This document shows positions 36,504-50,799 of a stretch of 64,000 bases of DNA, in pieces. The stretch's first letter is position 1; every line of letters starts with the position of its first letter. Source of the stretch: Chara braunii (lineage: Eukaryota > Plantae > Charophyceae); NCBI GenBank assembly GCA_003427395.1, contig BFEA01000033.1, positions 3,053,913-3,117,912 on the forward strand, read 5' to 3'. The notes below the pieces were generated by a model that was not told the origin of the DNA, did no database searches, and was given only the letters and a program-made list of their open reading frames with translations. The position numbers and the translations under genes were made by a program.

Positions 36504-37439
36504 AAAAAGGTAGGAATTTGTAAGTTAAAGCGCTTTGATAAGGGGCAGGGAAAACGAATGAGTGAATAGAGTACAGTATGGAAAAAGGGAGCAGACTTTT
36601 TAGGACTTGGTAGGGGTAGAAACTCAGAAGTGGGTGGTAGTATTAGGGAAAATGCATAAACATTTAGGAGGTGAGATGAGAGTGAGTAGGATGAGTCACA
36701 TGTATGACTCGTTGTATCATACTTGTATTTATATATACATATACATGATCCAAAAAGGAAGAATGAGCTGGTGATCGCGAACACTTTCCACATTTGTGAG
36801 TGAATCTTTGTCCATGATTTCGAGTCTTCTTTTGTGAATACCTCCCTTCGTCTATCACTATTTAGATCCTCTGAGGTCTGGGGATGGTGGTAGAGGAAAC
36901 GGGCGGGGCAGTGTATGAATGAAAGTCGGCAAAGGATTGAATGATCTGGAATTTCATACTATAATATGGACAAACTCCCCTCAATGGGTAAAGATTGTTT
37001 TGCAGATGAGTTTGAATGGGATATCTGTTTTTTTATGGATCAGACAAGCAAAGAGTCAATGACCTTAATTTCGATTCAAATATTTGGTTTTTGTATATAT
37101 CAATGACCCCGAGGTGCGTGCCTCACCGAGCTAAGATCAAAGACTTGGAGGGCACAACCCTGAGTGGTAACCTGACGATAGCTCGATTGTTTGGAAATCT
37201 CATTTATTTGGTTTATTTTGAAAGAAGCATCATTCATCCATCTCAAGGGTTAACCTGAGGGCATAATATACCAAGCCTGTGATGGAAAATAGGCATCGTT
37301 GGGACATAACTCCCAGCGTGGGCTGCTGACCTAGCATAACCAGGCAGCGGACCCTTCGACTATGGCCTAGAAGGGAGACTAGAGGGGATGGCCACCCCGG
37401 CGAAGAAATCTATTCAAGTAGAAGTCGGAGAGGTCGAGA

Positions 37440-38021
37440 TTAGTCCTGAAATTGTGAATATATTTTGAAACGATAGGCTGAATATCGCATCTTTTGCCAA
37501 GTGCAAGCTTCCTCCACAATCTTTTTCACTTCTTGACTCTCACCCTTCTCTGTCCTCTCTATCAATCTCTTCCTCTTTTCCTCGTCACTCCATCCACCTT
37601 TCTCTGCAGGTAGTTGTAGACTGTCGAGAAAGTCATCCAGATTTGTTCTATCAAACCTCAAATTGTCCTCAATCTCGTCCCTGGGAAAGCTCCCAATGAG
37701 TTGCCATAATCTTACCACACACGTCTTCCACCTCAAGCACCCCGCTGCCACTTCTTCAATTTTCTTTTTATATCCCCCTACTCCAGTCACTTTTGAGAGC
37801 GTCATTTTATTATCCCACTCTCGCCTGAAAGCATACTACTCGAAATCCATCAAGAACACAAGCAAATTATCCCCTGATCTATAAACCGGTAGTTCCTTCA
37901 TGCTCCTTGAGACTTTCTGATCCCTCCTCTGCCCTCCCTTTCTCAAGGTTGGTCCAGAGGGACCTGTCATCCTTTCTCTCTGGGCTATGGCCACTTCTCT
38001 TAAAGGGTCACGCCTGGACAC
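37440..38021 (-). pseudogene. Gag-like fragments downstream of integrase
   Basis: LPVYRSGDNLLVFLMDFE and LRFDRTNLDDFLDSL..GW..EEK resemble retrotransposon capsid N-terminal motifs. Confidence 0.5.
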
Positions 38022-41000
38022 AGAGAGGGAGCATTGTCTTTGGAAAACTCTTTATCGGGAATGTGGGGTGTCGACCATACCAGAGGGTTGTAGGCGCATA
38101 TCCTGTCGTTTTCCTGACAGTGATATTCTCCACGAAGAATACCGTTCTTAGGAATTTCGGCCAGAGATTCGGCTTCACATTGGTCCACTTGGCTAGTAAG
38201 TTGGTAATGGTACTATGACCCCTTTCAACTTGCGCATTCGCCTGTGGATGGGCCCGAGTCGTGTAGTTACCTATCACTCCCAGTTCTTTCAGCAGCTCCT
38301 TCACTTCCCCACATGTAAACTCCGACCCCCTGTCCATTGTGAACTCCAATACGAACAGGTACCTGAGGTAGTATTCCTTAATGCATTCTGTCAGCGTCAC
38401 CCCAGTTTTGTTCCTAATGACCCTGCCATCGACAAACCCGGTAAGGTTGTCCCGTGCGTTAAATAGATAGTTATACCCACCGAGTCCCAATGGCATAGCC
38501 AGGAGGTCCAAATGGACAACCGCCTCCATATCTTTGATATACCTGGGATGTAAAGACTCCTTGTATTTGACAGGTGATCGTACTTGACAAGGTACACATG
38601 TTTCACAGTATTTACGAGTCATCTCAAACATCCCTTCCCAATAGTAGAGTTTCATCGCCTTCTTGTAGGTTGCCGCAAAACTTCGGTGTCCTCCAACTAT
38701 CCCATCATGAAGTGCAACTATGACATCAATCTGAGGACTCTTCTCGCATACCACTCGTTTCGGCGGCCCCCTCTTGTCTCTGATGAATAAATGACCACCT
38801 CTTACTACATAATGATCTCTCGTCCGAAGAGTCTTCTCACTAACTTCCCTTTTTTCTTTTATCCCCTGAAAGAAGTAACCATATTTCTAGGTACAATCCG
38901 TCATACTCCTCTTCTCAGAATTCTTCTGAAATCTCTCCTTGCTCGAATTCCTCCTCCTTTTCCTCATCAAATTCGTAATCATCCCCAATTACTATTTCAT
39001 CAACTTTCACCACACTTCCTTCATCATTCGATTGTACCTGTAAGAGGGAATTCGTTAAGTAGTACATTCTACCCATCATGGCTACTTGTTCGTCCGCTTG
39101 TCGGACTCCTGCCTCGACTGTTCGTGGTTCGTCAATTATTCTATAATTCTCAGCCAAGGCCAACGCCATCATCCACTCCGCATTCCTTTCTCCCTAAGAG
39201 TTCTCTTCTACTATCGGCATAAGTATCAAGGCAGGTTCCTTCATAAACTCAGGAGGCGGATGCCACATCGGATTTTATCTCCTCATTGCCTTACTTTCAA
39301 CGAACACAAACCAACAGTTGACGTGAGTGCGCATGTCTTCCCCTTCTTCCAAAAATCCGTCTACCGGAGGTGCCTCCTCTTCTGACCCTGTTTGATCTCC
39401 CCATTCAATTCTACTCATGCCATCGACCCTATTCCTATTTCCTGGGATACGTTCTAGCTGAAAATCGAACATCGAGATATAGGTAAGCAACCTGACTATG
39501 GTCGGGTCTGAAGGCGAAAAGTTCTTGAGGGAATATATAAGCGCCGTTAGATCAATCCTGAGGAAAAAACCTCCTCCCAAAGAGGTAGTGCCTGAAGATT
39601 CTTAGGCAATGCAGAACTGCCAAGACTTCCTTTTTGAACTGTGAGTAATTCCGCTCCGTCGAATTAAGTGTCCGACTTTCGAACCTTAGAGGTCTTTCCT
39701 TTCCGCTACTGTCTGCCTGGATCAAAGCGCCTCCCAAGGCGGTTGGCCCAGCATTGGTTTCAACTATGAAAGGACGTTCCATAGTTGCATAAAAATCAAA
39801 CACTCCCAATACTAAACCCCCTTCTTTGAATTCTTTCTTCAATTTCTCTACCACTTCTTCTTGACGGTCACCCCATTCCCAGTTCTGATCCTTTCATACC
39901 AACTTCTTCATATGCTTTGTCTTGGTGACAAATCTTTCTGTGAATCTCCTCCAGAATCCACAGGTTCCAAGGAAGCTACGAACTTCTCCAACATTCTTGA
40001 AGGGAGTAGGCAATTCCAAGATTTTGTTAGTCTTTTTACCATAAGATCGTCGACCGTATTCGTTGCATACGTACCCCGGAATTGTTACTTCCTTCACACA
40101 ATGTCTTGATTTTACGCCACTGGCAGTGAGGTTATACTCTTCTAAGAGAGATAAAACTTCTCTTAACCCTTGGACGTGCTTCCATACGAATCTTCTTATC
40201 CCAGGAGCGATTTCTGATTCGTCCTTCTCGATAGATCCCTTGACGACGAGATCATCAATGTATGGCTCGGTAATTTGAGGACTCATTGGCTGCATTACTC
40301 TGATCATACTCCGTTGCACCATGACCACAGCGTTGGTCCACCCTTGGGGTACAACATTCATATGGACTAACCCTCTTGGGGTGTGCATCGCCGTTATCGG
40401 ATGATCCAAAGGATAGACCGGAAATTGATTATACCCGGAGTAGAGATCAATAAGGGATACAATCGATCTCCCTACGCAGGATTCTGACAATTGATCAGCG
40501 TTAGGCAATCCCCCAGTGTCTCTCACGGTCACTTAATTCAACCGTTGGAGGTCCTGCACGTATCTGAGTACCCCGTTTGGTTTTACAAAGCAGAACCAAG
40601 GAGAAGCATATGGTCCGCTAGAATACCCAACAACACTCGTGCGAATCTTCCCATCTAGGTACTCTACCACCTTTCAGCGATCCTCAGGACTGGGGTACTT
40701 AGCTCCTCGAACATTCCACGGTTCATGAGGCACAGTATGAATGCGGATCATTTCAATTTTGTCAACGTCCAACCGTCCGCGTTGATCATCATTGAAGGCA
40801 TATGCTCCATGCTTCTCACGTATCAGATCCTTTTCTAAAGCCTCTTCTTGCTTTGTCAGGAATCATCTGTCGTATCAATTCTCTCTCCTGCTCATAATAC
40901 ACCCCTTCTTCCTGACTTAACAGCACTGGGACCGAATGACTTTTCTTGTCTACCGTCTTGTACCGCCTTTTGGAGCCCTGCTTGAGCTCACCCCTAAAAA

Positions 41001-41900
41001 ATGCTGGCCGGCTACTTGGGCATTTGGCATATGTGGCCCTATCATCTGAGGAGGAGGAGGTCGGTAAACAAGATCGACTCTCCCTCTTTCTGGATCTTCC
41101 TCGATCCTTTCCGCAAGCGCTCTGATGGCATCAGGGTCCGCCATCCTGTAAGACGATACCAACTCGACTGCGTCACTAATACTTGATAGGCTCAATACGA
41201 GTCCACTGACTTCCTCATTGTCCGTCTCTTCTTCTTCCTTCCAGTCTAGTTCTTTCCCCCTATTTTCTGACTCTTCAAACGTGTAAGATCGTGCATTGAA
41301 TCGGTTTTTCGAGCTGTGGGGCCCAATATTCCCACAAGTGATTACTTCAAAATTCCCACAGGCGGGATCACACAAGATAACAAACGTGGTGTCGTCATGC
41401 TTATTCATAATGAGCGACTCGGATCTGCATAGAAAAGATCTGCCCAACAAAATCAGGAGGTCCAAATTGGGCATAATGTAGAAGCACGTACGCACCTTGA
41501 CCCTTCATATCTCTATTACAACATTAGACGAAACCCCCGTGTACCCGGTTTTGCCACTAGCTCCATTGAGGAACCCGCAATCGTTCTCATCAATTTCTAA
41601 CCCTAATCTCTCTGCAGTTTGTCCGTTTATGATGTTCATTTCTGCCCCCGTATCAACCATTCTTGGACATATCTTTTCTTTTATCATAAGATTTATGGAC
41701 CCTGTCTCTACACTCTTTCAGTCCATCTTACTCCCTGCAACGCTCTAGTTGGTTTCTTTGGGAATCAGGTCTCCTATTCGGATTGTGACCACTCTCTTGT
41801 GCGACAACCTAACTTTTACCATTTCCCTTAGCCTTGGGGCCGAGGCAAGAATCTCTCTTAGATTCAACAATTCATTGTTGCCTTCCAACAATTTATTCAC
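38008..41900 (-). pseudogene. pol: Ty3/Gypsy pol (PR-RT-RH-IN), with stops and frameshifts
   Basis: Protease MVDTGAEMN. RT IDLYSGY, PQGWTNA and YIDD. RNase H ALGGALIQ..ERNYSQ. Integrase H-x5-H...C-x2-C and D(HLDL)-D(MDRG)-E(VERG). Domain order is Gypsy-type. Confidence 0.93.
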
Positions 41901-42098
41901 GAATCCTTCCAGGTCGACTCCTTCTTCGATCGAGGTTTGGTACTTTCTCTTCTTGCTTGCTGTTTCATCCTTCTTTGACTTCCCTTCCTTGACTCCTTCT
42001 TTCCTCCTCTAGGCCCTAATCTTCGCCTGCTTGTCTTCTTCCTCCCTGATCTTGTCGTCTTCGTCCTCATCCCCTTCTACCGTGATTGGTGGTTCTTC

Positions 42099-44115
42099 CT
42101 AAGTTGGCTGGGAGGCTAGATCTTGTTCCTTCGGAGGATTGCCTCCTTCAGGTCTTCTCGTAGCGTACAGAATCGAACCCCTTACGTTTCTTTGACCCAT
42201 ACTAGTCTTTGCAGCCAGATTGGCCCTCAACATTCTTGGGTTGGGTTCTTTTGGTCCTTTTCCCGATCCTTCACGTCCCATGGTAAATACTTTCGGATAT
42301 TCAATCCCTTCTTTCCCAACTGCTTCACATATTCCGCGAAGCCTTAGATGTAACCTTTGCATTTTATCCACCAGGTCCTCAATCCTATCAAACATTTCTC
42401 TGACATTGATGCTAACATCCTCCTCCTCCGCTTCTTCTTCAATGAGGGGAATGTTTTCCTTGTTTTCTTTGACCCCCATCCCGCTCATTTTCTCTTATAA
42501 TTCCGTTATATCTTCCACATGCACAACATGGTCCTCCTTTTTTTGCCAAAATTCGGAACATCACCGAAGCGTTGGAGCTATGTTCGGCTACCCGGAGGGC
42601 CTCTTCTCTCGTGCTGATTGGAATGTCCGGATCGATCATTTTCCCTCTTTTGTCGAATACATCACCATCTATGTTCGAGGCTATGAGTCCGTCGCGTTCG
42701 TCTAGCTTCCTTACGTGACACCGTTTTACCGTGTGCCATTGGATCCCACAATGGGTACAAATGCACTCACTGTAATTTATCCTTCCTCTGTTGTCGGTTC
42801 CATTGTCCGCTGCCTCTACCATACCCCCTGCCGTAGCTTTGTTCGTATCCTCGGCCATACCCTTGCTGGTATTCCTATTTCACTTGATTGACACGTACTT
42901 GGGGTTGTCCCCAGTTTCCACCTTGACCTCCATTTCCTCTATTCCCTGCTCTTTGTTCTCCCAGTCCTTGATTCCTTCTCGTGTTCCTTCCTCTTCCACG
43001 TCCCTGTCCTTGTCCTTGGGATTGATTCTGGTTTTGACGGCCTTGGCGGCTCAACCCCGGTTGATTCTTATTGGCTTGTTGGTTCTGCTCCGAGCCTTGC
43101 TCTCCTCCCATATTAGGATTTTGAGGCATCATCGAATATGGTCCCTGCGTCGGCTATGGTCCCATCGGGAAATATCCGGGTCATGCACCCATTGGCGGTT
43201 CCATAGGCCATTGCCCAAACCGAGTCGTGTTTGTCGATGACTCTTGACCATACTAAACTATCGCTTATTGAGAAACCTGTCCTTTTCCCGAGCCTTGTCC
43301 CCCCATGGCTAAATTTCTTGCTTTCCTTTGACATTTTATCAACTTGGCTGCTTCCTTTGGATCTTCTTCGATTTCGCCCTCTTCTTCTTCTTCTTCCTTT
43401 TTCCTCGTCCCTGATGGTTGCATCACTGTTAACACCTTCGCTGGTGACACCCTCTCCCTAAGTTCCTTTATTTCGTTTGCCATGTTGCTCAATACTCCTC
43501 CTAACGCATTGTCCGTTCCTTAGACTGTTCCAACTGCCTTTCTCTTCCTTCGTTCTACTTTGACCTGGTGATGAAACACTTGATTTAAGTCCCCGACCTC
43601 GATGTTCCTCTTAATGGTTTCCAGGTCGTTTTCCTTCCTGCGGCGCCACCTCGAGTCAATTCCATGGCCTTATACCCATATTTTTCCAGAAATATGACGC
43701 ACTGCATTTCTTCAGACAATCCTGAAAATCTTTCGGCTGTCTTTTCAAAGGCATTGGCAAATGCCCCGATCGTGGTGAAATCGTCCCGGTTCATGTTATA
43801 AAGGTGTTCGACCGTGAGCAGACCATCCCCTAATTTAAAGTTTCTTTGCATGTCTTTCTTAAATTCTGCTTAATCATCATTGACCTTCTTTACAACTTCT
43901 TCCACGTCTGGCTTGCACTCCCACCATACGTACTCGTACAACTGAGCAAATTTCTCCGTTGAAGTCAACTGGTTGAATATCTGTTCAAGTAACTACAACC
44001 AGTGAGATACTCTTTATCATTTGAATGAGAAAACATATATTCTTGGCAAGTTGAACCTTTTTATCGTTCTCCTTTCTAGTAACTTAACAATTTCCGTTGC
44101 GGTAATAGGTGGCGG
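42099..44115 (-). pseudogene. gag: Ty3/Gypsy gag of element 2, 5' end cut by an LTR at 44116
   Basis: Capsid-like fragments at 43585-44070, a Q/G/N-rich tract and the knuckle CTHCGIQWHTVKRC at ~42720-42760. Confidence 0.75.
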
Positions 44116-47100
44116 TGTCGCGCGCCCTGCTGGGGAGCGTTGAGCCTCACGGTCGTGTCCCGCAGGATGTTTTGATTAATAAGAACCAGTCACCACTCCA
44201 ACCGTGCTCGCGTGCTATACCTCTCACGACGCCCTGCGACAGGTCGGGACGTCGCGAGGTACAACTTACCTCCACCCAAGGGGTTGTCACCACCCTTAGG
44301 TAGGCGTATCCCTGCTGAGCTACCGACCCACGTGCGAAAGCTTTTACATGCCTGTGTGAAGGTAGGTCGGTCGATGGCGTTTGCTCGATCGTTGTAGCAT
44401 AATATGGGGTATGCGCGGTAAGACGCCTAGGACTGACCCGTTAGATATTCAGGTCGAACTCTGAGATGGTCGTCTATTTTCGCTTTTGTTCCCAAACACT
44501 TTCTCCTTCTGACCTCTATGATCAACGTACAGAACTTGTCACTACCAAAGATGTTTTATTCTACTCATCGTATGCCTGATCATCAGATAATATAGAAGTT
44601 ATGTAAGACTTGATCGAGGTATTACCTCTGGGAACCCTTCCCACTTTCACAAGTGCTGAGTGTCCAGACTCCTCACGATGTGAATCCCAGTCCAATCCAA
44701 ACCATGCACAAGACAGACATGCACAACATAATGCAAAGACAGTTCACATGCCATGCACTAACGGCGTCAACCATCAACCACTGACATTGTCCCTCACTCC
44801 CCAAACCATGTATGGCAGCTCTATCTTTCCTGAGACGTAAGCCCAATCCCCTCACATTTCTTCAAAGGACCATTAAGAGTGACCAGGACCATTTAGGCGA
44901 TAACCACAGGTGACAGTTTTACTGACCACAGGGTTTGATTTTAAATGTAGGTATCAAGTCAAGGTGGAAAAAGTTGAATCGGCAACGACCGACCTGTTAT
45001 CGAGTGATAACAGAAAATTTGAGTCCTCTTTGTGAGACTTCTCCTTCAATTGCAGTAGATCAAATCAGAGACCTGCACACACACAGGTCAACAAAAATTC
45101 AACATTCCTACTCGACTTCCCACATATTGATATCAAAAGGTCAAACCTTTAGATCTGGTTTGAGAGCTTTGGCATCAACATCCCAAAGTCTAACCTCTAG
45201 CTTCTATCTACTCTAAGTCGTCTGTCACTCCTTCTCCTTTCGTTTTCAAGGAGTCTCTTTGCCTGTCCCAAGTTTTCTTTTAGGGAGACTCATATTTCTC
45301 CTCCTCTCAGTCCTTGCATTCGTTCTCTTGCGGATAAGCACACCCTTTGGTGCTTTATGCGGAAGTCTGGCCGAGATTAACTCAAACCAGTGACGATTTT
45401 TTCTGATGAACTGTGGCTAAACGGGGTGTCTTCTTTCTCTAATTCCTTTTCCCGCGATATTTGCCTTCTCTTACGTTCCTTTTAAGGAACCTTCGGGATC
45501 GCTTCCGATGGAGCACTCCTTTTCCTTTCTCTTCTTCTTGTTCTGACATACGCAAGTAGTGGGCTGATTCACCCGGGAATCTTCCATTACTCGATAAATT
45601 CTAGGCAAAACGGTTAGTGAAAGGTGTAGTCGAGTAGCCCTATGGGAGCACTCAGTCACCCTTTAAAGTTCATGCAGTCCTCATACAACCAAGTAGTTCG
45701 TGCATTCTAGTGCGAGCGATTGGATAATTCACCCGGGAATATTCTTTTATTAGTTAAGCAGGTAGTTAGGAGGCCTGTGCTGAGATGTCTTAACACTTGA
45801 CCCCACATCCAAGAAACATTCCAGATCCAGGCGTCAATACAGAATTAAAGTTAGTAATAGGCGGTCTTCACGAAAGCTTCCTATTACCCCTTGATTAGAG
45901 CTTAGTCTATCCTCAAAAAGTGTAATAGGATGACCCTACAGGAGCCACTCTACTACTTTCTTTAGAGTCAGACGAGCTAGGACTGTGTTAGTGGACTCAG
46001 ACGCACACTAGATCCTTCTCTAACAGGAGTATCTTACCAGGCTTGTTAAGGTGAAGTCAGAGAAATAATGGGATGACCCCACGTGAGCCTCCCATTCTCT
46101 GGCTTAACGTTAGATAAATCGTTAACTTCTACTCATACCACCCATTAGTCATACCTGAACAAGTAGTAGGGTTTACACACCTGGGAGTAACCCCCTACTG
46201 TTCAAACACAATCGCCTTATCTCTGCCCTCCGCTAGTTGACCCCTAAATCAAACAAAGTATTAGGATGACCCACCCGGGAGCCATCCTACTACCAGTTTG
46301 ATGCATAGGAGATCAAGAACAAATTTTGACTGAGTTGCCCTGACAGTTCACCTAACCGGCCTGTGTACCGTAAACGAGCAAAAGGTATGTTGACTCTCAC
46401 GGGAGGTCGGACAGATCGTTCAAGACTTAGGAGTTCGCGTACTCACCCAGGAGTACTCAATTCTCTCCTCAGTCTGGTTCGATTGGTGATAGGAGAGCCT
46501 CACGGAAGCCTCCTGCTACCTTTTGCCTTTGTTAGCCTTTGAAGATGCGTACCCTACGAGAGTACCGGATCAATGGGCTTTTGTTAACGATTTGAAGAGG
46601 TGTAACCCACGGGAGTACCGGATCAATTGCTGTTGTCAATGGTTGAAGAGGTGTACCTCACGGGAGTACCGGATCAATGGGTTTTTTTGTTAATGGTGGA
46701 AGAGGTGTACCCCACAGGAATACCGGATCAATTGCTATTGTTAATGGTTGAAGGTGTACCCCACGGGAGTACCGCATCGATTGCTGTTGTCAATGTAACC
46801 TGCAGGTCAATAAAGAAGGTGCACGACACCTCCTCACTACCAATGTCATAGTCAGACAATCACTACACGAATTTGATACTTACGAATGGCAGGGCAATTC
46901 GCATGACGAGTACCCTATCATTTGCCTTAGTTACTCCATGCAAGTAACTTGACGATCTTACGAAAGTACCGGATTACTTCCTAGCCTGTAATGTAATGAG
47001 AGGACTACACGGCAGCCTCTCGTCACCAATGTTGAAATCAAGCAGACGTTGCATAAATTCGTTACTTTAGCCGGACGAATGACAGGGTAACTTCGCACGG

Positions 47101-47929
47101 CGAGTTCCCTGTCATCTGCCTTAGTTAACTCATACGAGCAGTGTGACGAGCCTACGAGGGCCTCCATTACACGGCTTTTATGTTTCAGGGCCAAGCAAAC
47201 TAGGTTCCTTTTCAGTTCTTCCTAGGTTCCTTTTCTGACATCAGGCAGGTTCTGATTTCAATCACATAGTTCTTTCCCTCTTGATACGCTTAATCCTGAG
47301 GAAAACACGAATAATATATCACCCACCCATACAGGCAATCCAGTAGAAGGTTGTAATTTGTATGGGTATACGGGAACGGAATGAAACATGCGTACCTTAT
47401 GGTTCCCTGCCTCCCGAGTTCCTCCTGAACTCCGGCAGAGCTCCCGCAATCGCCTTGTTGTGCCTGTCTGTTTGATCATCCTTTTCTATAGAGTAGACTT
47501 TCTATTCAAAGAGATCATACATTTTCAGGTAGGAGTGAAAACGAAGGGAAGTGAGGGGATTAGATCACGGGGGAATGGGGAAGGATAGAGGAGGTAGGTA
47601 CCATCACACGGTGACGAGACCCCTCTCCTCTCCATTAGCCCTCATCTCCTCAAATCTGATCTTTCCCACTTTCTTTGACATCAATCAATCAAGGAACCGC
47701 AAAATAATGCTTACGAGTAAGAATGACCATAATGATCCCAATAATAACCTTGGATAAATATGGAGAAGTGAAGAAAGAGCGGTTCAGGTCAAGGGAGATG
47801 AGAGAAGGATGGAGGAGGTAGACACCACCATACGGTGACGGTGTCCCTTTCCTTTACAGTGCCCTGCTTCCTCTCCTTCCCTGACCCATGATGCTCAATA
47901 TCAAATATAAGCATAATTACTTAATAATC

Positions 47930-47992
<63 letters not shown>

Positions 47993-48004
47993 TATAATTA
48001 TAAT

Positions 48005-48042
<38 letters not shown>

Positions 48043-50311
48043 AAGGAGTATATATAGAAAACCAAACTGCGAAATCAACAGATGTTTAATTCAAACATGC
48101 ATGAGTATGGAGTGTAAATGCATCAAGTAACCACCCAAATAGAGCAATACAATGAAGTAATGAGCCAATGTCCAAGCCTGCGGGCCATATTGTCACAATA
48201 TATGAGGTCACTCCTTGCTGTCGAGTGCCCGTAGGTCGTAATAGATCTATCGCCGGAAGGTCCCAGTGGTTCCTGAGATTCGTAGTTGTTACAACCCCTG
48301 GGATATCAAGATCGTAGCTGCTACAGTATCGAAGGCCAAATGCACAGACTTCCGGAAGGTCCGGCGGTGACCCTACAACCATCGTTCAGAACAGACTAGA
48401 GGCAAGTGGGCCGTGGTGAAGTCTACCTGTGCTGAGCCAGCAGTCCCCGTCCCAGTCTGTCCTGGTCCAGTCAAGCAAGTACCGCATGGCTATGGCGTGC
48501 CTGCTTCAGACTGTCATGGCCGGATCTTTGTTGTAGTACTGTTGCTCAAGTCTGTGAGTCAAGGTTTTTCGTCTACTGAACATGACTTGTGACTGTAAAT
48601 TGACTCTTTCCTGTGACTCCCCCTTCTCTCTCCCTCTTCTTGTGTTTGTCTGTCAATTTCTTCATCCATATCGGTCTGTGTATTGTCTGTTTGTGTTTAG
48701 TTGTCGGTGTCTGGTTGTCAGGTCTCGGACCGTAGGTCTGTTCCGTAGGAGTTAAGTCTGAAGATGTGTAGGACTTCTGAAACGTCGAGGTCGTAGCTGC
48801 TACAACCCTGAGGGATCAAGGTCTTAGTTGTTACAGTCCTAAAAGGTCAAGGTCATAGTTGCTACAATGTCGAAGAACCAAATCTACAGTCTTCTGGAAA
48901 ATCCGGAAGTGGTCCTTCAAACGTTGCTCTCAGCAGACTAGTGGCAAGAAAGCAAGTGGTGTAGTCTGCCTTGCTGAGTCAGAGGTACCCAGTCCCGGTC
49001 GCAATGCGTCAAGTCAGCAAGTACCATGCAGGACTGTGTGCACCCCGGTTCCTTCTCCTTCCCCTTCTTCTTCTCCTTCTTCTACCTCCGCATGCACATC
49101 TTTATGAGCCCCACCTCCTACCTCTTTCTTTGCGTCAGTCTATCGCAGTCTGTCTTGTCTGTTTGTTGTTGCTTGTATCTGTCTGTTGGGTTGCCTGCGT
49201 GTCTGACCGTGTATCCGATTGTGTGTCTGCCTGTGTCTGACCGCCTGTCAAACTGTGTGTTTGACTGTGTCCGACCATCTGTCGGACTGTGTGTCCTAAG
49301 GGCATGGGAAAGGGAACCAACGAGCTGCAGACGTATAAATCAAGAGGCAGCGTCCCGCCATTCATCCATTCCTGCGTGAGCCATCCGGAAGCGCTGCTAC
49401 GGTGAATGGTGCGGGGTGGTCTGCAGTGAGCCTGTAGACGAAGCGGGTGGGGAAGGAGAATGAAACCACTGCGTAGTGGTATAAGCGGCCATTTGCCGCC
49501 ATAGCTGGTAGAGGAGTGCAGTGTGTGTGTATATGTGTATACAATGTGATACGTGTGGGATATTTAGAGTGATACTATGTGAGTATGTGTGAGCAACAAA
49601 ATAGGGCCGAATAGTGGGTTCGTATGGGCGATGACGCACCATAGCCACCTGCAATGAGTATGTATCCGAACTGTATTCTTCATTACGATATCTCTGAGTT
49701 TTTAATCAAGCTATTGTCGCGAGTGTGACGTGCCCTCTGTTTGCATGCATGTGACCAAAGAAAGAAAGTCATTCTGATTGCAAAAAAATAAAAAAATAAT
49801 AATGATAATAATAATAATAATAATAATAAAATAATAATATAATGATAAATAATAATAATAATAATAAAAGAAATAAAATTAAATCAAAACAAAAGGCAAG
49901 AAAAATGAGCAATAATGTACTTCATAAATCAAACGACATCATATACACAAGACCACATAGTCGTGACTTCGAACCATTAACAAAATTGCATAACGAGATT
50001 CACCAAATAAGAACACACCAAGAGTTCATAATTGACAATGCCGAAATAGTCCCATCATCATCAACGAAGAACCAGAGTTGATATCCTATCTGGCGCTCGG
50101 CGCCCAGACTACATGTGGCAGATCCTATTTAGCCTATACTACGAAGTCGAAAGATGACGTCAACAACATTCCCGAAGTACGAGCATATGGCGACCAATGT
50201 CACACTCTTCCAGAATGCTCCACTCACAACCTTGTTCTTAACTCACAAATGTCACTAACACCCAAGAGACCACCCTACGCCACCGATCAACGGCGATCTT
50301 GGGAAGTCTCT

Positions 50312-50359
<48 letters not shown>

Positions 50360-50376
50360 TACACACACACACACAC

Positions 50377-50448
<72 letters not shown>

Positions 50449-50514
50449 GCACCCGCGCACGAACACACGAGCACGAGCACGCGCGCACGCACACACATGG
50501 ATCAATAACATATA

Positions 50515-50583
<69 letters not shown>

Positions 50584-50600
50584 CAATAATTAAGAAGAAA
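44116..50600 (-). mobile_element. Family A giant LTR (divergent subfamily, right boundary uncertain)
   Basis: The minus strand ends ...gcgcgaCA at 44116 with no PBS. It has the same ordered blocks as 55823-62993: U5 box, the 47390 box, (AAT)n, ctgtattctt block and degenerate subrepeats. Confidence 0.65.
46540..46795. repeat. ~51-bp tandem repeat, 5 units, each with a gtac-ccacggga-gtac hairpin
   Basis: Recurring gaagaggtgtacc(c/t)cacgggagtaccggatcaat. Confidence 0.85.
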
Positions 50601-50799
50601 AGAAAAGGAAAAACTTACCTCAAAATTCAGGCGACGTGGCTCTCAAACACCACAAGAGGACGAGCGAGGGTGAGCGCAACGACGACCAACCGGCACCTCG
50701 GCATCGAAGCTGTTACCGCGCTATGCGACTCGCGAGCTGTCATGGAGCTCTCCGAGAGAGACGACCAGTGGCCCGCGCGGCGCCGCAAAAATGTTCGCC

